Positions 47,843-58,850 of a DNA stretch of 64,000 nucleotides are shown here, piece by piece. The notes beneath the pieces were generated by a model. That model did not search any database. It saw only the letters and a program-made list of their open reading frames with translations, and had not been told where the DNA came from. Numbering within the stretch: the stretch's first letter is position 1; each line of letters begins with the position of its first letter. The stretch comes from Azolla caroliniana (taxonomy: Eukaryota > Plantae > Polypodiophyta): assembly GCA_043228905.1 (NCBI GenBank), contig JBHGNT010000008.1:1426001-1490000 (forward strand), in the 5' to 3' direction. The position numbers and the translations under genes are program-made.

Positions 47843-50800
47843 TGTTATGGGCATGACCATATAATATTATGAAATGCTCAAGATGTGAAATGCTCTCAAC
47901 AATAGCCTCCTTTCCATTACGTTCCAAGTTACATTTTATAGACTACTCTTAGCGTGGAGGGTGTTCTCCCGCTCCAATTAGCTCTTCTAATTATGGGGGC
48001 TTGGTAGGGGCCTAATTTGGTGTGGTCCATGTGACCGCCACAGTTCCCCCTTGTAAAAAAAAGTTATTGTGCGGTCGGATTGCGACGGGGCGTGGACGAC
48101 GGTTCTAAGCGGGGGGATGACATGTGCGTGGGTTAGATCTTCTAATTATGGGGGCTTGGTAGGGGCCTAATTTGGGTGTGGTCCATGTGACCACCACAGT
48201 TCCCCCTTGTAAAAAAAGTTATTGTGTGGTCGAATCACGACGGGGCGTGGACGACGGTTTTAGGTGGGGGGATGACACGTGCGTGAGCGTGGGTGTGGGC
48301 GTGGGCGTGGGCGTGGGCGTGGGCATGGGCATGGGTGTGGGCGGGGGCAATGGTAGCTGATGGAATTGCTTCATGCGAGACTAGTGGGCAAAGGTAGAGC
48401 AGTTGTTGGAGGCGCGGCGAAGTAGATATGTAGTGTTGTGTATCTGCTTTTGAACTTCGAAGGGACCGATCCATCGGTGCATGAGCAACTCGCTGAGGCC
48501 GCGACGACGAATGGGGAAATAGACGAGGACTTTGTCGCCGACGTGGTATTGATGGTCGGCGCGGCCTGCATCGTGTTTGGCTTAGTTGTGGTTGGTGCAA
48601 GTTGCTCGTGATGGCTTTGCGGAGGAGGGCTGGAGTTGTTACATGTGGGACCACCAGGACACTGCATCAGAGTGGAGTCGTGTGATTGGTTGCAGGACTG
48701 CCACTTCTGGGGGTAAGCGTGGGTCCCTTCTCTAAAGGGCCCGAAATGGGCTAATGCGGGTGGAGGCTTGCACAGTTGTGTTGTAGGCATGCGTAACGAA
48801 GGGCAAGATCCGGTCCCAGGTCTAGTGCAGCGGATCGATGTAGGCCGAGATTTGTTGTTTTAAGGTTTGATTGAGGCACTCCGTCAATCCATTCGTCTGC
48901 GGATGGTAGGGAAATGTGAATAATTGTTGGATTCCTAATTGTGTCGAAACGAGGCATAGGAGCTCGCTATTGAACTGGGGTTCTCGATCAGACAAGATTT
49001 GGAGTGGGAAACCGTGGGGGAAGATGATTTTCTCCAATAGTTTGGAGGCGATGGTCATAGCCTTCACATCTGGGATAGCGGTCGTCTCAGCCCAACGCGT
49101 CAAGTACTCAGTTATGACGAGGATGAATTTGTTCCCTTCTTGTGACTCGGGAAAGGGGCCCATAATGTCCCATCCTACGATTTCAAATGGAGCTTGAACT
49201 TGTATCGGATGTAAGAGGCCTTGAGCCACTTGAGGTGATTTGATGGCCTGACATAAGTTGCATGCTTTGATGTAGGAGGCGACCTCGTGGCGTAGCCCTG
49301 GCCATTAGAATTTGCAACGGATTTTGTCTAGCACCTTATGAAAACCGAAGTGGCCGGACAACGGGTGATCGTGGAAGAAACGAAGGTAAGACAGGCGCAG
49401 TTGCTCAGGCACGTAGACCTGGGGTTCCTTGCCTACTTGGCAAAAAAGCAGGACATTATCCTGGATCATGAATTGCTTGGTGAGGGATGATGTGGGCTCG
49501 GCTCGTAGGCAGTGGCAAATGTCTTGGATTTTTTTGTCGTGTTGTTGCATGTTCGCCAGTTGGGACGAGGATATGGGGAAATCGATTGTGTCAGAGGCGA
49601 TCTAGTTCGCTTGAAAGGATATGCGGGATAATCCATCGGCGACGATGTTCTGGGGACCACGGCGATAGCGCAGAGTGAATGTGTAATCATGTAGCGCCAA
49701 AGCCCAACGAAGTAAGCGACCGCGTGGATGAGCCTTCTTTATGAGGGAGAGCAATGGTTGATGGTCGGTTTCAACTGATGTATTTGATCCATGTAGGTAT
49801 GGGTGGAAACGATGGAATGCTCAAATGATGGAGAGCAACTCTTTTTCGGTTGTCGAGTAATTTTGTTCAGCTTTGGTAAGTGACCAACTTATGTAGGCAA
49901 TCGAGCGGAGTTGGTCGTTGTCGTCGGATTGGAGCAGGACCGCACCAAGGCCGACATTGGAGACATCCGTTTGTAGATGGAAAGGCTTCGTGAAATCAGG
50001 GTGGGTCAGGAGGTCAGAGGCTTGGAGTGTTCACTTGAGCTGCAGGAAGCTGGATTCGTAGGCTTCGATTCATAGGAAGGGTGCATCTTTTTGCAGGAGC
50101 GCACGTAGTGGGGCTAACAAGTCGGCTAGCTGTGGGATGAAGCGAAGAGAGAACGTGAGGAGGCCGAGGAAGCGTTGAAGCTGCTTGACTATGGTGGGGC
50201 GTGGGAATTTTTGGACTGCTTCCGTCTTCTCTGGGTCCATCTATACTCCGTCGAAGGAGATGACGTACCTGAGGAAGCGGAGGCGCATACTACCCCATCG
50301 ACACTTCTTCCATTGCAACTACAATCGATAGCATTGAACACAAGTTAGGACCTCCCGAAGGACTTGAAGGTGTTCCGCCCAAGTGCTTGTATGTATCAGA
50401 ATATCTTCTAAATAGACGATGACGACGCAGCGGGTGATGAGATCATCGAAGATGGCGTTAGCCATTCGCTGGAATGTGCTCCCAGCATCGGATAGGCCGA
50501 AGGGCATCCGTGTGAACTAAAAAATGTCTTTCCTAGTGCAGAATGCAGTTTTGTGGGCATCTTTAGGATTCATAGGGATTTGTCAATATCCCGAGGCCAT
50601 ATCGAGGGAGGTGAAGTACTTTGATTTGCCAAGCTGGTCGAGGAGGTCGTCGATACGAGGGAGAGGATATTGGTCATGGGTGGTGACATGGTTTAGTTGT
50701 TGGAAGTCAACACAAAAACGGTAAGAGTCATCCCCTTTGTTTACCATGTGAGGCTCCGAGATCCACTCGCTCTTGGAAGGTGTGATAATCCCTTGTTGTA

Positions 50801-52809
50801 GCATAGTTTTGACGGCGTTGTCGATGCGCTCGTGGTCGAGAGGCGAGCGATGTCGGGGAGCTCCGCTGATGGGACGGGCGTTGCCTGTAAGAATCGTGTG
50901 GTGGATCGGAAAACGGAGTGAGGGAGCTTTTGCAGGTGGTGTATACAATGAGGGAAAGGTGGCTAGGAGCCATCGGATGTCATGGATGCGCTCTGTCAGT
51001 GATACCAGGTACTGTGTGTTGCTGATGTGGGTAGTATCTCGTGGAGTAGTGAAGAGCGCGATCGGAAGGTGATTGGGGAGGATGAGCTGTTGTGAGGAGA
51101 AATTGAGACAGACTCGACTATGGAGGAACCAATCACAACCCAGGGTGATTGGGAACAACTGGCGTGGGAGGACGTAGAAACGATGTTGGATCTGGGCGGA
51201 ACTGATGGTGAGCATGCACATGACTTGCGTATGTGAGTGGTACAATCGTTGTTGGTCGCCGAAGAGGATTTTAATGGGCGGTCCGTGGCTCGTGGGAAGT
51301 TGTAATTGGGTGACTAAATCTGTGATGATGGAAGAGATGTTGCTGTTGGAGTCGAGGAGAACTTCTTGGGTCGTGTGCTAGAGGTGGGCGATTGTGGTAC
51401 AAACGGGCGAAGTTGATGACGTGGAGGCGTGGACGTGCGGGAGCGGCTCGATCGTGGGAGAAACTGGAGAAGTTGATGACGTGGAGGCGTGGAAGTGCGG
51501 GGGCGGCTCTTCCTGCAGCACCCCGCGCATTAGTTTTCCGGGAGCTCAGAGAGGGAGGAAGCGTCGGCTAATTGGACGTTCTGCTTCTGTTGGTGATTTT
51601 GCCACTTTCGGCAGTGACGCCGAATGTGGCCATAGTTGTTCCAATAGAAACATTTGGGGCATCCCTAGCTATCTCGTTCGGGCAATGCACGCTTGGCGCG
51701 TAATTGCGCGTTTTGGACGTCAATGTCCATGGGAGTAGCGGCAGGCATAGTGTTTGTATGATCATGACTGAGATTACCTGGTGTGTACGCGTCTGCAGCT
51801 TCGATGCGTTGGGCAGTGAGGATGGCTTCTTGTAGTGTCGTCGGGCCTTGATCGCGTACACGGCGATGGAGGTCATGTCGGATACGCGGCCAGAAGAAAA
51901 ACAACTTCATGTCTTCCGACATGTTGGCGTCAGCCCGGCGTAGGATCTGCACAAACCGAACCATGAACTAGGTGATGGGTTCGCGTGGTTGTTGGGCAAT
52001 GGACTCGAGTTGTTGTAGGGCCGTCTGGCAGGAGTCTTGATGAGAAAAATTCCGAATCATAGCTACCCATAATAGATCCCAGTCGTTGCGTGTCTCTTCG
52101 GGTTGTTGGATGAGCCATGTTGCTACGATATTCTCGAGGAGTGTCTTCATTTCCATTGCCTTCCAGGGGTGTGGCCACTTGTGGTAACTGGCCACCATTT
52201 CGAAATGATCCAGCCAAGAGAGGATGTCTTCCGATGGTAGGCTAGAGAATGGTTTTGGGCGAACTCGAGGGTCCAAGAGATTCTGTTGTGGCTCAGATCG
52301 TGCTGAAAGAAATGACAACATGGCTTGGTTAGTATGGTTAACTTGTAAAATAATGTTGGACAGGGCTTGAACCAATTGGTCGATTGGCGATGTGGGCTGA
52401 TGTTCTTGAATTTATGGTTGTAGGAATTCCGGATTCATTGAGTTTGCGTTGTTGTTGTTGTTGTCGTGTTGCATCGTGGCGTGTGTTGTTGGGGTCGTGA
52501 GTTGGGGTTGCTTTACCCCACTTCTCCACCAAGATGTGAAGTGCTCAAGATGTGAAATGCTCTCAAGAATAGCCTCCTTTCCATTACGTTCCAAGTTACA
52601 TTTTATAGACTACTCTTAGCATGGAGGGTGTTCTCCCGCTCCAATTAACTCTTCTAATTATGGGGGCTTGGTAGGGGCCTAATTTGGGCGTGGTCCATGT
52701 GACCACCACAATATCCTATGGTGAGAATTTACCGTAGTAGTCTATACATGTGGATAAAGTGCTACGTTAAATTTTCACCACTGGATATTATATGGTCATG
52801 CCCGTAAAA
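47843..52809. mobile_element. ~125-bp fold-back mini-element, split by J
   Basis: Inverted arms TGTTATGGGCATGACCATATAATAT / ATATTATATGGTCATGCCCGTAAAA; TSD AAGTA (47838-47842 / 52810-52814). Confidence 0.85.
47868..52710 (-). mobile_element. Degenerate Gypsy J with short LTRs
   Basis: LTRs 52535-52710 and 47868-48042; tRNA-Ala-like PBS 52514-52531; 4-bp TSD ATAT; gag, RT (LDMASGY), RH and IN fragments. Confidence 0.9.
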
Positions 52810-53080
52810 AAGTATAAAGCTTGCATTGGGGCACAAGGTTTTAAACAAGAACAAGGTGTCAATTTCGATGAAATCTTCTCCCCGGTAGTCAAGATGACTA
52901 CGTTACGCACGATGCTTGCATTGGTTGCCAAAAATAATCTTGATTTATTTCAAGTGGATATAAAACCTATTTTTTTGCATGGAGATCTCGATGAAGAGAT
53001 CCATATGGAGCAACCAAAGGGTTTTGAAGTTTATGGGAAAATGCCTTTGGTATGTAAGCTTAAAAAAAGTTTATATGGTC

Positions 53081-53531
53081 TTAAGCAATCAAGCTCAACA
53101 TAGTGCAACGTGTGAACACACCTTTTGAGAATCCATGATTACTCAAAGGTTAAGAGTCACACCACTACTCTCTACACACTAACTATGTGTCATAGAATCA
53201 TATTCTATGACACATAACTAATTAGTTACATATTCCCCATGACTATGAGTCTTCACATTCCCCAAGAGAGAGAGTGGTTGTTGTAAAGCTAATGAGGAGA
53301 GAGGGTGACTCTATATAAAGCACCCTCCTCATATTTCATACTAAGTCGGTTGTGACTCCTTATTATGCTACATTTTGTAATTCTTATTCTACTTGTGAAA
53401 TATACACCTTCTTCTTGAGTATTCCTTTTTCTATCTATCTTGTGTTCTCTTATCTCTCCTCTAATTCCTCTCACACATACACATAACACACATCTCTTCC
53501 ACTACACAAGAATCACCATCAATTCTTTACA
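53081..53531 (+). mobile_element. Probable solo Copia LTR in H RT
   Basis: Ends TTTACA followed by TTAAG. The start CAATCAAGCTCAAC resembles other LTR starts in this window. The host frame YGLKQS|PRKWY resumes after it. Confidence 0.7.
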
Positions 53532-53800
53532 TTAAGCAATCACCTCGAAAATGGTATAAAAAATTCGATGCTTTTATGAGGTCCCAAAGTTATGCTAGGA
53601 GTAATGAAGAATTATGCTTATATACAAAGTATAGATGACTCAAATGTGATTTTGATACTCTATGTAGATTACATGCTCATCACCGATAAAAACAAGGATG
53701 AGTTGTCCAAACTAAAGAAAATTTTGAGTCAAACCTTCAATATGAAAGATTTGGGAAATGCTAAACACATCCTTGGAACGTGTATTACTTGGTATAGGAG

Positions 53801-53969
53801 CATAGTTCTAGCCATACGTCCCATTCGTGTCATACTCAAACGCCAATATTCGTATCATACTCATACGTGGAAAGGCTCCAAGTATGATTGAAATCCATAC
53901 GCGGTACATAGATATATTATATATACATATGGTGTATATGGTGTACATAGTGTGTGTGTGTGTGTGAGG

Positions 53970-54004
<35 letters not shown>

Positions 54005-54394
54005 TGTGTGGTCTAGAGAGAGAAGCCTTGTTTTGCATGTGTGAGGAGACAGTGATTGAGTGTATATCTAGACTCTAGAGAGAGAGAGAGAGAGAGAGAG
54101 AGGAGCTATGGGTTTTGTCTGTGTGAGGGAGTATGTAATATGTATATTAGATATCTAGATTTTGTAGAGAGAGAAAATCTGTCAGTTCTCGTGTGAGAGA
54201 GAGAGAGTGTGTGTGTGTATGTGTGTCAGATGTCACTTCTATTCACAAAATATTATGAATATCAAAAATTTAAAAAACCAAAAAAAAGTCCAAAAAAAAA
54301 AAAAGCCAAACGAATATCGCGTATCATACGCGTACGTTTGCAAACGTTCGCGTACGTCCAGTAAATTGGACGTACGCGAATATTAGGAACTATG
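53801..54394. mobile_element. Non-autonomous hAT element (MITE)
   Basis: TIR CATAGTTC/GAACTATG; 8-bp TSD TATAGGAG (53793-53800 / 54395-54402); TACG-rich subtermini; GA/GT microsatellites inside. Confidence 0.92.
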
Positions 54395-56613
54395 TATAGG
54401 AGTAATGGATGTATTTATTTGTCTCAATCTGAGTATGTATGCAAAATACTCAAGAGGTTTAATATGGAGAATGCAAAGCCTTTGAGCACTCCATTATCTA
54501 TGCATGTTAAATTGAGCAAAGATGAATGCCCCAATTCTGATCATGAAAAGGAGTTCATGAGTAAAATTCCTTGCCAGTCCGCTATTGGTAGTCTTATGTA
54601 CGCCATGATCGTGACTAGACCAGACATTGCATTTACAATGAGAGCTATGAGCACATTTTTGTCAAACCCTGGTAAGAAACATTGGGAGGCAATTAAAATG
54701 ATATTAAGATATCTGCGTGGCACCAAGAATAAGTGTCTATGTTTAGGTGGTGGAAATGTATCCATTATTGGATATACAAACTCTGATTATGTTGGTTGTT
54801 CTGACAGTAGAAAATCCACTTCAAAGTATATTTTTCTGTTTATGGGAGGTGCGATATCTTGGAGATCTCGTATCCAATAATGTATTGTTCTATCCACTAC
54901 AAAAGCAGAGTATGTTACAGCTAATGAAGCATGCAAGGAAGCCATATGGTTGTCCAGATTAGCTTGTGACATGGGCATACCTAAACTTGTACCCATACTG
55001 TTTTGTGATAGTCAGTGTGCCATTGCATTAGCGAAAAACCCAGTATACCATGCAAAGACCAAGCACATTGGAGTGCGATATCAGTTCATCCGAGAATGCA
55101 TATTTGTTGGCTACATCAATCTTGAGAAAGTTGTCTCTCAAGAAAATGTTGCAGATGCATTGACCAAAGCTCTACCGCATGATGTGCTAGAGCATTGTTG
55201 CCACTTGATGGGAATTACTTAGGTCTTCAGGTTACACACTAGTTGTATATTGTGTAACATATTCATCAAGTAGGATGTGTAGGTCTTGTACAATCTTCCT
55301 ATCAACTTTGTTGATCCCTTGTTTGGCTTTTAGTGGGAGATTGATAGATAGTGAGAAAGGCCAAAAAGGTAATTCTCACTATTTATAAGTAAGTATATAA
55401 GATAATAAAAAATGAGGGTTTTTTGTGCCGCCAAAAATCATTTTGTGTGTCTTTTTTCCTATGTGTGCTATTTGCCATTTTTTGTGCAGAAAAACAACAA
55501 CTCGCTGTCGTGAAGTACGAAAGCTTCACATTAAAAGTCTACAATAAGATAAATACGTAATGAAAATAACATTTGATAATGTTTTATATATAAAGATAAT
55601 ATTAACAACACATATGATAATATTATATATATGTAAAGAAAAATAATATATATATATAGATAAATATATTATATTACACGAATAAGAGAGGACTTGAACC
55701 AATAACCCCACCCTATGACTCTCAAATCTTACCATTTACTCTATACTAGTAATATACATAAAATAAAGCATACTTTATATATACTTTATATTACATAAAG
55801 GATTTGCTTCATGATATAAAAATAAAGTTCTATGTTGTATTCAATAGCATTTTGAGACTCGAACCCACAACCTCATACACCAAAGTTGACACACCTACCA
55901 TTAGGATAGGCCCTTTCTCTTTAAGATTATGTTTTCATGTTTATTGTTATTGCATATATTGTTTCATACATAAAAGCTCAAATGAGCGAGATGTTTATCA
56001 TGCATCACATGTAATGCATGAACGCCAAATGGCGATCATGCATCACATGCATTTCATGCACTACATGCATGATTTGTACCCTCCAATGCATCATATGCAT
56101 GGGGGCACCTATTTAAATGGTGAAAGAGAAGATCAAAGGGGGATATGTATGAGATATCAATCAAATTATGTATTACATAAGAGATACCATAAAATAGAGA
56201 AAGAAAGGAAGAAGTTCAAGAGAAAGGTGGAGCTCTAGCTTGGCGGTCGTGGTGGTCAACTCTCAACAAGAGGGAGGCGGTTCGAGCCTTATCTTCATCA
56301 AAATATTGAAGCGAAGATTGTAGTGGTCTACGATCAAGAAAGAGAAGAGCGATTACCTTGCAAGACAAAGTTCGGAGGTTCAATGACGTGAACAACTACT
56401 TTTGTAACTCTTTCATCAAATAATTATAAATCTCTTTTATTGCTTCAAATATCATTCTATATCCTATCTTGTCATATCTTGTTGATCACTATTTATCTAT
56501 CTCTACTCTTTCCTCTCTTCCGTCCATAATCCCAGTGATTCCTTCCTCACTTTCACGATATCTTTTGTCTACGCAACGCTACGCTTCTAGGCGAGCCACG
56601 CCACGACACAATT

Positions 56614-56631
56614 TGGTGAACCCGACGTGAA
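56614..56631 (+). promoter_or_regulatory. Primer-binding site complementary to tRNA-Trp
   Basis: TGGTGAACCCGACGTGAA is the reverse complement of the plant tRNA-Trp 3' end TTCACGTCGGGTTCACCA (recalled sequence). Confidence 0.85.
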
Positions 56632-56675
56632 ACGGGGAAGTAGAAGAGACATCTAAAGTAAAGATCAACATCAAC

Positions 56676-58850
56676 ATGGCAAGTACGAGTACAATGGATC
56701 CGGTAATGTTGTTTATTGAAAAGTTGAATCAAGATCGATTATTTCATGCCTTACGAGAAGTCCGAGAGAAGATTGGTATGTTTGATGGCACAAATATTTC
56801 GAAGTATGTGAATATATATTATGATGAAATGGAAATGTTTGGTATAAATGATGTCAATATGATAGCAAACTTTTATAAATTAGTGGACATGGAATTAAGA
56901 GATAGAATTCATGAAATACAAGCATTGCATAGTTTGGATTGGAATGCATTCAAAGAAGCACTTGTGTCTGAATATGCTCGTGAGGATTTCTCTCGAGTTA
57001 CTATGCGTTCATTTCATGAATGGATCTTAAAAGAAGATAAAGGGTTATATGTGTCTGACACAAAAAAAGAGTTTGATAGGATGTATGGACACCTAAAGAC
57101 AGAAGAAAGAAATTCTTTGTCCTGGCAAAAGGTTGCTTTATTTTTGCAGGCAGTTGACAAGAGATATAGAAAAGAATTGGAATTCATGCTTGAAGTACCA
57201 AATACTGAGGATGGTATAACTGCAGATTGGAATGAGGTAACAAATGCTTGTAATAAATTTATGAAAAGAATGCAAAGGAATGGTGCAATGCTACAAATAC
57301 CACATGTGGGAATCACAAATCGGCTTGAGCAAAACATCGAAGTTCAAAGACTTGGACGAGAACCATCACACGAAATGGTCCATCAACCACGAGAAATGAT
57401 CGAAACTAAGAGTGAGTTTTTGCTTGATGATTTAGTTCAAAGTATGAAAGATCTAACAATTAAAGTGGCAAAGCTTGAGAATGGTCAGACTTCGAGGTCA
57501 AGGGAACCATTTCGACCTCGATGCATGTGGTGTGATAGCCTCGAACATCGATTACGTGATTGTGAAGAATATAAAGACATGGAGAATCGGGACTTGGTCT
57601 ATTGGAAAAATGGTAACATTTACTTAACTGAAACTAGATCTCCGCTTACAAAGAACTTTGGTGATGGTGGTGTTAAGGTTAAATTTGAAGAAGCTGAAGC
57701 AAAGAAGGCTTCCGCAATGTACTACTCGGCAACGGCAGGGGTGCGCCTCGATGACATGCCATCCCGATCACCATTCTGGGAGAAGGTTGTAAGTACCGCA
57801 CAAAAACAAAAGATGAAGATGGAAGACCTTCGTGTTGCCGGAGATTCTGTGAGGAAAAACACTGGATGGGATGTTCCAGTAGATGTTATGACAGTCTATG
57901 CTCAAATGGCAGAACACCAAGAGCATGAGGTGATAGTGGAAGAAAAAAGGAAAAGATCGGATGATGAGATTGGCTCAACCAAAAAGCATGAAACAAGAGA
58001 AAGCAAAAGAAAAGAGATGGACGCAAAAGTTGAAAAAGGTAAATCTGGTCCTTCATTCAAATTAATGTCTGATATTGAAAAGGATACAGATTTAAAGAAA
58101 GTTTTAGAAACAAGAATACTAGACAGTCGAGTAGAATTTACACTAAGAGAAGTGTTAGGTATTGCAAAAAAGGAATTTCATGATGAAATAATTGATATTG
58201 TGCGAAGAAAGAAGCAAGTAAATGAGCAGGTTAAAGAGACAAATCCGAAGGTGGCATATGAAGTGGTGAGCAACAAGTCAAACAATATCGTTGTTGACTC
58301 TCAACATGCATCAACCTCAATGATAAATTCAACAGATGTAAGAAGCCATTACTCTCGCAAATGTTGGGCAAGAGCCACTACTGAGACTCATGTGAAGATT
58401 GGAAATGTTCCAGACCCCGTGATGGCACTTATTGATCATGGTTCTGAAATAAATATAATGAGTGCTGATTTTTACAGGAAAGGTAGATGGCCAATTGATA
58501 CTCAACATGGTTGGCGAGTAAAAGCTGCCACATCAGTCACGGAAGATTTATTTGGTGCATGCCCAAATGTAAAGGTTACTATTGGTGATATAGAGGTAGA
58601 TCAACATTTCTTTGTGCAGGAAGGATCTACCTATCCAATAATCCTGGGGCAACCATACATTACAGCGGTACGAATGGAGACCAAAGTCCTCGACAATGGT
58701 TCTGCCTATGCAAAAATCCGTAGCCAAGATGGACGACGAACTGTACAATTTATGACAGTTCGCCCAAATCATGAGAGGAACAAGCAAGAGCTTCGTGATC
58801 ATTCAATACCAAAAGACTATGATGATTTTGATAATCAGGTTTTTGACTAG
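56676..58850 (+). CDS. gag: K Gag-protease ORF (724 aa)
   Basis: CMWCDSLEHRLRDC knuckle, DUF4100-like segment and ALIDHGSEIN protease motif; intact. Confidence 0.92.
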   Translation: MASTSTMDPVMLFIEKLNQDRLFHALREVREKIGMFDGTNISKYVNIYYDEMEMFGINDVNMIANFYKLVDMELRDRIHEIQALHSLDWNAFKEALVSEYAREDFSRVTMRSFHEWILKEDKGLYVSDTKKEFDRMYGHLKTEERNSLSWQKVALFLQAVDKRYRKELEFMLEVPNTEDGITADWNEVTNACNKFMKRMQRNGAMLQIPHVGITNRLEQNIEVQRLGREPSHEMVHQPREMIETKSEFLLDDLVQSMKDLTIKVAKLENGQTSRSREPFRPRCMWCDSLEHRLRDCEEYKDMENRDLVYWKNGNIYLTETRSPLTKNFGDGGVKVKFEEAEAKKASAMYYSATAGVRLDDMPSRSPFWEKVVSTAQKQKMKMEDLRVAGDSVRKNTGWDVPVDVMTVYAQMAEHQEHEVIVEEKRKRSDDEIGSTKKHETRESKRKEMDAKVEKGKSGPSFKLMSDIEKDTDLKKVLETRILDSRVEFTLREVLGIAKKEFHDEIIDIVRRKKQVNEQVKETNPKVAYEVVSNKSNNIVVDSQHASTSMINSTDVRSHYSRKCWARATTETHVKIGNVPDPVMALIDHGSEINIMSADFYRKGRWPIDTQHGWRVKAATSVTEDLFGACPNVKVTIGDIEVDQHFFVQEGSTYPIILGQPYITAVRMETKVLDNGSAYAKIRSQDGRRTVQFMTVRPNHERNKQELRDHSIPKDYDDFDNQVFD

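Noticed and set aside
48235-48654. His-Ala repeat protein
   Set aside because: Produced by a GTGGGC hexamer microsatellite near the 3' end of J.
55804-56238. His/Met-rich 144-aa ORF (duplicated at 62640)
   Set aside because: Arises from CATG-rich LTR sequence and has a non-ATG start; duplication reflects LTR identity.
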